Origin: Fonticula alba ATCC 38817 | Lineage: Eukaryota > Protista > Nucleariida | Reading direction: 5' to 3' (one strand) | Assembly: GCA_000388065.2 (NCBI GenBank) | Contig: KB932202.1 | Length of the DNA: 64,000 nt | In this document: piece by piece, positions 13,301 to 23,900 of the stretch | Position numbering within the stretch: position 1 is the first letter of the stretch | How the letters are laid out: every line of letters starts with the position of its first letter | Position numbers and translations under genes: made by a program | Notes under the pieces: generated by a model | Databases searched by the model: none | Seen by the model: only the letters and a program-made list of their open reading frames with translations | What the model was told of the DNA's origin: nothing

Positions 13301-16268
13301 GATCACCAATGTGGCTACCGGGGTCCGGGCTCTCTTCGAGCAGACGGCCACCCTGGTGCAGCAGCATGTGTCGGATGTCGTCGTCGGCCTGGCCGCCACC
13401 CAGCAGTCCCCTTCTGCCACCGAGGCGGGAATGACCTCCGCCGGCGGGGCGGGGGCCGGTCACCTGCAAGTGTCCGCCGAGTCGCCCTTCTTGTCGTCAT
13501 TCTCCCTGGTGAATGGGTCCTCGCCGCCGTCCTCCTCGCTGGGGGCGCTGACCAGCACCTCTGGGGGGGGCGCCGGCGGTGGCGTGGACGGTGTCGGATC
13601 GCCGCAGCACTCCCCAGCCCCCGGGCCCGCGAGCATGATGTCACAGGCGTCCACGGCCCTGCGGCAGCATCTTCTCCGGATCTGGACCGCCTGGAGCATC
13701 GGCCGGGCGGATGCCCTGCTCGAGTGTCTTGGTCAGTATTGGCCGCATCTGGGGGCCTCGGCTCCCGGAGGTGGCCGGGTCTGGACTCGCCGAGCCTTCG
13801 ATGAGGTGTCCGCTTCGTGGACTCGGCTGCTGAGTTTGATGTTCAGTCTGACCGCCGTGGCCGTTGCTTCCACCACCAGCACCGGCGGCGGCGGAGCAGG
13901 CAGCAGCAGCAGCAGCAGCAGCAGCAGTCACCACCTGAAGCCGGCGCTGGATATGACCAGCGAGTTCCTGGTCAAGTGCTTCCGCTTCTACTTCACTCAG
14001 AAGTCGGTTGACACCCTTTTTAAGCAACTGGGTGGCGTCTCGGCGGAGGATCCACGCGCGATTGCGGGCGGTGCCATGGTTGGCAATGGGCAGCACCAGT
14101 TTGCCGTGCACCAGCGCCGGTCCAGCGGCGGCATGGCCAGCGCGCTGTCCAGCCAGTCTGGCTTGTCCCCCGTGCCGGAGGTCCAAGCAGATCTGACCGA
14201 CGGCGATCTGGATGATGAGCTGGCTGATGGCGGCGCCTACCATGCTCCTCATGGTGGCGTTTATCAGCCGACAGGTGGCAATGTGCCCTCATCGCATCTG
14301 GCCTTGCCGCAGCAGCAGCAGCAGCAGCACCATCATCATCACAGCGCTTCGCACCATTATGGTCAGACACCCGGCGGTGGTGACTTTGCCGGGGATTTCG
14401 GCCCGAACGAGCACAAGCCCCACCGGCGAACGATGTCTGGTGAGCTGCCAGACCACTCGTCCCCCTCGGTGCCGACTGTCGCTCGGTCCATCGCTCACAT
14501 GAAGCTCGTCGACATGGCAGGCCCGGCCGGGAGCAGCGCCCCTTCCTCGCCACACCACGGGGGCATCAGCTCGAGTGGATCCGTCGGCGGCCCATCCCTC
14601 CGGCCCCTTGGCTCCATGTCCTCTTCACAACAGCAACAGCAGCAGCAGCCTCCGCCCTCGGCGTCATCGGCCTACTTCGGCATGTCCAAGTCCGGCGGCC
14701 TTGGTGGCATTTCGGAAGAGCCGTCCACCACCTCCTCGATGCACTCGGTATGTCACCTCTTCTTGCGATAGACGCGGGGCCGTTCATGTGGGCCTCGCAA
14801 TATGTCCCTCGCGATTGCCTCTTGTGCTGTCGCTTTCCGATCTTCCCGTTCACCCGCCTTCCCTCTGAACCACGGCCATGACCTCTAACCGTTCCCTGCC
14901 TTGTGATGCTGGTATTTCTCATCTTCCTTTGGCCATGTCTAGCCCTCGCACCATCTCCATAGCTCTCAGCATGCACAGGCCCCCCAATCGCAGCAGTTCC
15001 AGCAGTTCCAGCAGTTCCACGCGCATGCCCCTCCTGGGGCGGACCTGGCGCAGCAGCAGCAGCAGCAGTCGCAAACGAACCACGGCACGAATGATTCTGC
15101 CCTTCGCTCTGGAGGCGACGCCAGCGCTGGGCACCTGCAAAATGGTGGCGGCGGCGGCGGCGCAGGGTATATGTCGTCTGGTGCCTTTGTTCCTCACCAG
15201 AAGTCCGGACTCCATCAGGCGAGCGCAACCGCCCACATGGGTTCCGCAGGGGCGGAAACAGAGTTCCTGCCTGTCGACGAGGATGCAGTGACCAATGGCA
15301 CCGCCGCTTCCCTCCGGACGGCCATCACCTCCGGAGATCATCATTACTCTTCCGGAGGGGGGCTCAGTGTGGGCGGGCCGGGTGCCATGCTCGGTGGTGG
15401 CGGCGACGATCCAGCCTCTTCAAGTCTGAAGATGGCTGTCTCGTCATTTGGCCTCTCGGCCAGCGGTGGTAGCGCCCTGCACGCGGACCCCAATGGTCTT
15501 GGGGCCGCAAGCGGGATGTTCCATTCGGGCAGCGTCCCGGGTGGCGGCCTGGGCCCCGACACCGGGGTGGAGCACCACCTATTCACGGGCACCGGCGAGC
15601 CTTCGTCCCCTTCGCTGCTGGTGTCTTCGGCCCACCATCACCATGGTCTTGGACCGGATGACTTGCCGCAACATTCGCACCATGCCATGGGATCCGGGGC
15701 CAATGGTGGCAGCGGTGCCGGCCTGAGTGATGGCAGCCTCCACTTTGCTGGGGCTTCTCCGACGCACCATCACCAAATGCAGCAGCAGCAGCAGCAGCAG
15801 CAGCAACCGCCGCCGCAGCAGCAGCAGCAGCAGCAGTTGCTGCTGCCTCCCGCCCACCACGGACCGCCCGACTTTGGCAAGGGGGCCATGGCCATTTCGC
15901 CGGGTCTCGATGCCTCAGCCGATCCCCATCATTTGGACTTGACTGGAACCGGGCGTGCGGTGACGGCCCACCACCAGCCTGCGCATCATCATCACCACCC
16001 GCACCACCACCCGCACCACCACCAAGGCGGTGCCTCGTCGGAGGAGTCCCACGGGTCGCACCCCGGGGCGGCTCCCACTCCGGGCAACCTTCACTCCTCC
16101 CCTTCACAGCAGCATCAATCATCGCACCCAGGGGGGTTCTTGACGACGGATGGCAACGGCAGTGCCAGCAATCTCGGGCCCCATCACATCCCGCCAGGCC
16201 AAGGCGGTGGCAGTCACCCCAGCGGCCCCGGCAGTGGCGGTTCCCTGGCTCCCCTCCGGCACCTTCAC

Positions 16269-16303
<35 letters not shown>

Positions 16304-16757
16304 ACACCAGCAACACCAGCAACATGCAAATGACGGCGGCGACAGTGGTGGTGGCGGTGGTGGTGGTGGTGGTGGACATTACCACCATCATCATCACCAC
16401 CATCACTCGGGCTTGCATGCGGACATGTATGCCTCCGGCTCGGGTGTAGTTGTTCCCGGCAGTGGGGTGTATGAGAGCGGCTCGCCAGATCTTTTTGGTG
16501 CCGTGATGGCCGCAGCCGGTGGAAGTGGCGGCCCCTCGCCCTCGGTCGGGTCTGTGCCCGGCGGCCCGGAGCTTGGCCATAGTCTTGCCGGCTCGCCAAT
16601 GCTCAGTGCCGTGGGGGTCTCGTCGATGGGATCCAGCGGCCGGGTTCACCCGGTAGCCGGTGGGGCGGCCGCCGCCAGTCGCTTTGATCCGGATGCCTCA
16701 TTCGGCTTGAGTGGCATGTATGAGGCCGGTGCCGCGGACCCCTACTTCGGTCAGTAG
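7589..16757 (+). CDS. RFX: RFX-family winged-helix transcription factor, ~2,658 aa, 8 coding exons
   Basis: Exons 7589-7706, 7844-8149, 8294-8337, 8499-9142, 9361-11922, 12104-12470, 12627-14747, 14943-16757. All introns are GT-AG with matching phases (7,977 nt total). The spliced DBD ARRWLVHTF...IPRASMYSSY...[37 protein letters not shown] matches the RFX signature (NAASFGKLIRSVF.GLRTRRLGTRGNSKYHY.G.R). Exon 7 resembles the RFX B/C/dimerisation region (FRRQYDLQC, DFWLAIP, DEMSFDLLVKKMVPLRP). The start ATG is inferred; upstream exons are possible. Confidence 0.9.
9119..9565 (+). other. RFX DNA-binding domain, split by a phase-2 intron (9143-9360) inside the conserved Trp codon
   Basis: TG|gtacgt...acatag|G rebuilds TGG (W) and restores RQARRWLVHTFVL...KYHYFGIR. 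Confidence 0.92.
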
Positions 16758-17844
16758 CTGGTTTGCGAAAGGGAGGAAGTGACATTCCAGCACGCCATCC
16801 GCCGCTCACACAGTACGGTGGACGTGTGCGCGTCCATTACGCCCTCGCTCAGTGCGGCCGCCAGCCCTCTCTGTCATTGTGGTCTGGAGTGCCGTGCTCT
16901 TTCCCCACACCTCCTTTGCCCTTTCTATTCTTCCCCTCCCCCTCCTGCTCCCTTGTAGTTATTGGCACACGCGCGTACCAAATGGGGCACTTTCCCCCCC
17001 CCCCCCCCCTCCCACACACATGTCGGCGCTGAGCCTCCCTCCTCTCTCTCTCTCTCTCCCTCTTCCCTCCCCTGTCGAATATCACCTTGATCCTCCTTTC
17101 GCTGCTGCCCCTTTCCCGCCTTCCCTCATTTCTCCCCCACTCTTGTCTTCTTGGCTCCTGTCTCGGCGGCAGGCGGGCGGGCGGGCGGGCGGGGGGGATT
17201 TTCCCTCTCTCACACCATCCTGCCGACCAGTGCAGCCGATAACGCAAGTGCCCTCGATCGCGCCAACTTGTAATTGACATCCGCACATTTGCTCGAACTG
17301 GTCAGCAATGGTGCTTCAATTAATCCACGCTTAGCCGCGCCCGGAGCGCGAATGTGGCCACAAAGTGCGGCCAAAGCCAAGCGGGCCACACCAGCTCGGG
17401 GCCTGGCTCGTACCATCGCCGTTGGCACATCTGCCTTTTGCGGTGGCTTCTCATGGTTTCCCGTAGCCAGGCATACGGCTATTGGAGCTGCCTCTGATCC
17501 CATGATGGGAAATCACGCCCAAGCCGGCTGTGTTGATTGCCCCCGGACCGTCCCCCCCCCCGCCCCCCCCAGTGTTTGTCAAATCCCCGACCCGATGACC
17601 GAAAAGCTAGATCCCCCCCAGACCCTTCGCGTGCTCGGGCCGCAGCCCTACCTCCACCAATGCCCTCCCTTCGCCCATCCCCCTCCTCCCTTCCCTTCTT
17701 TCCCCCTTCCCTCCTGTCTGTCGGTCCCGTCTCCCCTCGCCTCGCCCTGCGCCTTTGCTGTCCTTTCATTTTTTTCCCGCCCCCGCCCCCGACATCGGCT
17801 CGGGCGGCTCTACCCCTGCTTCTCGCGCGCTCGTGCCGGTCGCC

Positions 17845-20800
17845 ATGTCCGCCTCCGTGCCCATTCCCCAGGTGACTGAGTCGCCGGCAGCCGTGTCCTC
17901 GCCAGACTCATCGCCTTCAAGCTCAACTTCAGCTTCGCCCGATGGTTCGTCCCTCCTGGCACTCCCCCCCTCCCCCCCCCCCACCCAGCCCTCGCGACCC
18001 TCGCCCGCCCTGCTCCCTCGATCGTCTTGCCTCCTCGCCAAGGCCCACTTACCGCTCCACAGACACCTCGGCCCCCCCGCCGCGGGTGGTGGCCGGCTTC
18101 GCTCTGCCCAATGTGCTGAGCTCCAAGCCGGCAACCGGCCGGGGCAGCGCCTTTTCCCCGCTGGGCAAGGCGCCTGCCCCGGCCCTCGGGCCGGCCCCTC
18201 CCCCCACACAGATGCACCTCTGTCAGGACACCGAGCCCCCGTTGCTGGCCCTGCCGATGCCGATCTTAGACACCCCGGCCACCCTGGCATCCATGGCGCC
18301 CCCGGTGCCGGGTCTCTCCGACCCCCTGGCCCAGTCGACCCTGCTGGCTGCTCAGCAGGCGGAGGTCTTCACCCAGCGCATCCTGACCATCCGCTTTTGC
18401 AATAGCCTCCTCCGGTCCAACAGGGCGCGGGTTTTCCAGTTCCATGTCGATCCATATGCACCCGACCAGGCAGCCGAGGCGGACGGCCGTGCGGTGGCCT
18501 TTTGGCACGCGGCGGTCCAGTGTCTACTTGTCCCCTTCGAGACGGGGGCCGGGGCCACGACGTCTGCGGCTCGCTTTGATGTCGGTCTGGCGACACTACG
18601 TGACCTGGCCAGTCGCCATGTCGATGCACGGGACTACCCGAGCTGCCCGCCGGCGCCTGGGGCCGATCCACTGGCCCCGGTAGATGCCCCCCTTGCCGGG
18701 ACCCTGTCCCCGCCCTCGGATTTCCTACACCCGCCGGGGGAAGTGCTCGGGACCATGCGGCCCGGACTTGGCAGCCCATTGGCCGTCGGAGCCGGCATGC
18801 CAGGCGACCAAACGCACCCGCCCGCCGCCCCATTGAGCTCGCTCTATGTCAGCTCGGCTTCCTCCTTTTGCGCGTGGGACTTCGCCCTGGCCCTGGTGAA
18901 CCCGGGGTACACCCTGCCCGAGGTCTTTGTGCGGACTTTCTCCGCCTCGGCCGGGCCCCCGGCAAATGGCGCCTCGGCCATGATGGCCGCCTCCGCCACC
19001 TTGCCTCCGGCCGGCCTGCCGAGCACCTGGCTGACGGTCAGCCCGATCCCCAAGAAGATCGCCGGGGCCATGGGGCCGCGCCTGCGGCACTCTCTTCTCT
19101 GGCGCGCGCTGACCACCACCCTTCGGCCATCCAGTCTCATCCATCACAAGCTACCGGCGGAGATTCCCCCGCGCGTGGCGGTGCGCGGCTGTGTCCTCTC
19201 GCCTCGGCCTGTCTGCCTCTCTCGCTCGCTCGCTCGCTCTCTCTCTCTCTCTCTCCATGCTGGCTTGGCCATTCACACTGTCCCCTTCGCCCCGCCCCCC
19301 CCCCCCCCCCATGGTCTCCCCTCACCGCCCATTTGGGGACCGGGGCCACGTCGCAGCTCATTCGCATGCTCACCACGGATGGACGCAAGCTCGGAGCCTC
19401 CGGGCCCACGGTCGGCCTGGTGCTGGCCCAATGGCTGGACACCTGCCTGGCCAGCTACATGGCCTGCCTTCGCCCGTGCTGCTCGTCCGGCAATCTGAGC
19501 AGCCCCTCCTCGCCGCACCTTTCGCTCGGGGTACCGCAGCCGCCGGATGCCTTGCTGGTGCTGGCGTTCCTCCTGGCGGCGGTGGTGCCGGTGGCCAAGT
19601 TTGGCCTGTCAGCGGCCGGCCCGCACGCGGCCAGCCGTCTGGTGGCCGCTGTGTCCGAGTGTCTCGGTGTCCTGGCGACCGACCTTTTCCTGGACTTCCA
19701 CCACAGCCAGAGCACCAACAGCGCCGCGGGGGCTGATCTCGCGGGGGCCACTCACACGCACCAGTCGTCTCTTCGTCTGCAAGCGGCGCGGCTCTGGTAC
19801 GCGCCCCTCCCGCCGCCGCCGCCNNNNNNNNNNCCCCCCCCCCCCCCCCCCCCCCCCGTGCTCCACGGCTGACCTAGCTCCGCCCTGCTTTCCGATCACC
19901 TCCCCTCCTGCCGCGCGTGAATCAGCCTGGACTTCCTGGACTCGACTGTCCGCTTCTCGGCCCTGCCTGCGCACTCTTTCGGCCAGGTGGTGGCAAGTCT
20001 CTGCACGGCCACCGGGTCGCCACTGTATGTTGCTTCGGTCTCTCAGCCTTGCCCGTGACGCCCTGTGCCCAAGCGAACCGCCACTAATGCCCCTCTCGAT
20101 GCTTGCTTCCTGTCCTGTGGCCGGCCGGTCGGCGCAGGCTCTCCTCGGCCGCCTGGCGCACTCTCTGCCTGCTGACCACGCGCTCGCACTTGTCCTTCAT
20201 CACACTGCGCTCCATTTGCGACGGGGTCCTCGGCTTGGATCTGCCAGGAATGCTGAAGTCCTCCCAGCCACCGGACCAGCTGGCGCTCGAATCCAACCTG
20301 CACCTGTCCTGCCTGTGGGCGCGCCGCGAAGCACAACGCTTGGTGACCCTGCGCGGGGCGGCCGGCGCCGTGACCGCGGCCGGTACGTATGCTCGCGCGG
20401 ACGATGGGGCGGCTGGTGCCGGCGGGGTGGGCAATGTCTCCGGCGGGCCCGGCGGTGCTGGCGGCCCTGGTGGCGGTCTGCTCGACCTTGGTGGTTCGCT
20501 GGACCTCGGTGGTGTCCCGGTCAGCGGGCCGGCGGCCGATGCCGCTGGATTCCTCCACACGGCCACCAATGCGGCCGTTGTCAACATGGTCATTTCCTCG
20601 CTGGGTGCTCTGGCCCAGCGGCCGCGTTTCGCCCTGCCAGCCAGCTTCCTCAAGAATGAATGTTCGGGCGGCTGCCTCGCCGAGGTGTCGATCTCCTGCC
20701 TGCTCAGTCGGCTGGAGCTGGCGGTCGACATTGAAAGCATGCATGCTCTGTCGTTGGCCTTGGCCACCTTCGGCCATGAGGTGCGCCTCGGGCCGAGACC

Positions 20801-20873
20801 CCAGCGGGAGCCCATGCTCTCGGGGGACCATTGCTCACAGGGCCCCGAGTATGCTTTCTGACAAATGTTTCCC

Positions 20874-20921
<48 letters not shown>

Positions 20922-23900
20922 GCGCAAACATGGATGCACATGCGCAGATTACCTATTCCGTGTGGGATCAACAGCTGGTCCCTGCGCTGGATGTCCTGTC
21001 CGGGCGCTGCGTGCGCATGTCCTTCTCGCTGAAGCGCAATGTCTCGCTGGAGGCGCTGCTGCGTCCGGCCGCTCGAGCTCTCCCTCCCAGTGGGGACTTC
21101 CGCCTGGTTACCATCCTGCCAATTGGGTGTCTGTATCCGGCGCCATGCGTGTGTCGGCGCTGCTTGGACCTGGCCGGCGAGGGGTCCCATCCGGGGGACA
21201 CCCAACGCCTGGCCCTGGGTGCCTATCCGCTGGTCAGTTCACATGCCGGCTGCCTGCCATCGGTGTCCGGGAGCCTGCTCCTGTCGCCGGTGACCTTCGC
21301 GCATCAAGGGGGTCCGCCTGGTGTCGGGGGGGCCGGCGCGTCCGACAATCCCGTCGGCGTTCTGGGGCGCCTGGTGGCCGACATTCAAGCGGTTGTTGGC
21401 CTCCGGCCCGGGCAAGAGTACTCCGGCCTGCTGGAGCGCGCCCTGCCTGGCGAAGTCCCGGGCGAGGATCATCCCGGGTCCCTGCTGGTGGCTGCCATGA
21501 TGGCCCTGGTTGGCTGTCTGCCATTGGTGGCAGGGGAAAAGCAAGCTGGCGACCGGTCGACCGAGTCGCCCCAAGGCAATCCCGTCCGGCCTCCGACCGC
21601 GGCCCGTGCGGCACTGGCCCGCTTCTGGCAGACTGCCACCAGTGGCCCGCATCCGGCGTCGGTCTTCCGCAATGTCCTCCACTGTGCTTTCTCCCACTGC
21701 GAGGAAATCCTTCCCCATGGCTGGCACTTGCCGGCCGATGCGCCGTACGAAATCCTCCCCCGGGGTGGGGCCCTGGCATCTGGCCAGGGCTCCGGGCCGG
21801 CATCCGGCCGGACGCACTACTTCCCCGGCGACTCGCACTTGCTGCTGGAGCTCCTGGAGTTCATCCGTCGCCGGTGGGAATCGGCCGCTCGGCTGGAGGG
21901 CCTACACTCGGGCTTCCGGCTGGATGAGCGCCTCACCCTGCGCTTGCTTCGGAGCCGGATCCGCTCGGCGCACCCGGCCGACTCGCTGCTGACCGAGGAC
22001 CCTTCGGTCGGCCTTGCGACACGGCCCGCGGGTGCGGGTCTCCCCGCCGCACCGGCCTCCTCGGAGCAGGCCGATCAGAAGTGGCTTCAGGCGGTTGAAT
22101 CGTTGGCTCAAGACTTTTTTGAGCGTGACAGTGCGTGACTCTCAGGGCCGGGATTCCTGGAGACCCGTCGAATCCCCGCCCATCCTCCCGCGTTGGCTTG
22201 CCCTCCCGTCTCCACCATGCTCCCGCTAACAGGTGGGCCCCTCTCGCGCCCGCGTCCCTGCCATTCACTTGGAAGATCGCCCGGCAGTGCGGAGCATTCT
22301 CCTTGAGGCGCTGGTCTTCTTGGACCGCATGACACGCTATGTCCACCCGGCGGCCCTGTCGGCTGGAGATGCCTTCCTCTTCCGGGTCCTGCTTACCTCG
22401 TTGTCCGAATGCCAGACCCAGCAGTGCGCCGCGTCCATGATACTCTCGCCCCCTCTGCTGCCCCTGCTGCCTCCCGGCCAAGCTTGCCTCGCGGCTGCCT
22501 CCGGTCGATTGACATACTCGCCCGGCCTGTGCGTCTCTCTTTCTGTTGCTGCTGCTGCTGCTGCTGCTGCGTCTGCCGCTGCCGCTGCCGCTGCTGCAGC
22601 GTCGCCACCATCGGGTCCGGTCCCGCGGCAAGCACCGCGCCGCACAGTCTGCCATTGGCCATCAAGGCGTTGAAGCTGTGCGGGCGCTTTGCCCGACGCC
22701 TGTTGGTAGACATTCGGCCTTGGTGGACGGCATCGGCCGCATCGCGCCCAACCCCGAGGGGCCCCACCGAGGGCGACGCACCCCCTATTGCATCGGGGCC
22801 GGCGCCGCCACCCAGCAGCCCGGCTGCCAGCCCCCCGAAGGAAGCAGCTGGCAAGTTCCTGAAGCTCCGAGCAACGGTCGGCTCGCCGGGGAGCGTCTTC
22901 TCAGGCAGTCCACCCACCTCCGGGGCCAGCACCCCGACCGAGCTGTCGGCTTCCTCTTCGGAGGGCCTGCTGTCGGCAGCCAGCGGGGGGTTCGAGTCCG
23001 ACGAGGACGCCGTGGACGCCGGGCTTTTGGCCGATGGCCCTGGGCGCGATTCGTCCCCGGCTGACCCGGCCCTGGTGGGCCTCTGTCGGTTGTTGGACTT
23101 CATCTGCCTGGCGGCTCTCTCCCGGGTGCCGGGTGCGCTGCGTGCTCGGCCCCCCCTGCGTGCCCACCCCGATGCGCGAGGACCGCTCTTCTCTAACCTA
23201 CCTCCCCGCCCTGGTCCCCCCCCCCCGCCCCCTTCGCCTCTTTGACACTCCCGCACAGTGTTCTCCCAGCTGGCGGTCTTCCTGCTGACGTCGCTGCTAC
23301 ACACGGCTGTGCTCGGTGTGCCGCAAAAGGTCTTGGCCCTGCCGCCGGCTGGGCAGCATGAAAATGCGGCTCAAATGCACCAGACCGTGCTGGAGGCCGT
23401 ACAAGGCAGCGCCGAGTACAGCGGTGCCTCGGCCATTGCCACGTCGGCTGTCCTCCGACGAATCCTGCGCATCGGCGTGGATGGGGTATGTCTGGGTAGG
23501 GGGGGGGGGGGGGGGGCACCTGTTTGTTTGCTTGGATTTTTTGGCTCCCCTTCTTTGGAAGAAACATGGGCGAGCTCCCTTCAGTCGGTGCGGACTCCTG
23601 ACGCTCGCCACTTCGCGTTCTCCCTTCCCCCCCAAAGCGCTTGCCCATCAAGCATCTGGTGCATCTGTGGGATGCGGTGGGTTCGGTTCGCGCGCGCACC
23701 TGTGGCCGGGTGTACTTCGCCGGGCCGACGCATCTGTGTGCGTGTGCTTCTTCTTTTTTTTTTTATGCCTCCCCTCTCCGCTTTCGCCCATTGGATCTCG
23801 TGCGTTTGGCTCACCCGATGGCCGGTACTCCTGCGGGTGGGATGTTGGCGGTGCCCAACAAAATGAATCAGGGTATGATCCGACGGTCTTCGATTACTCG

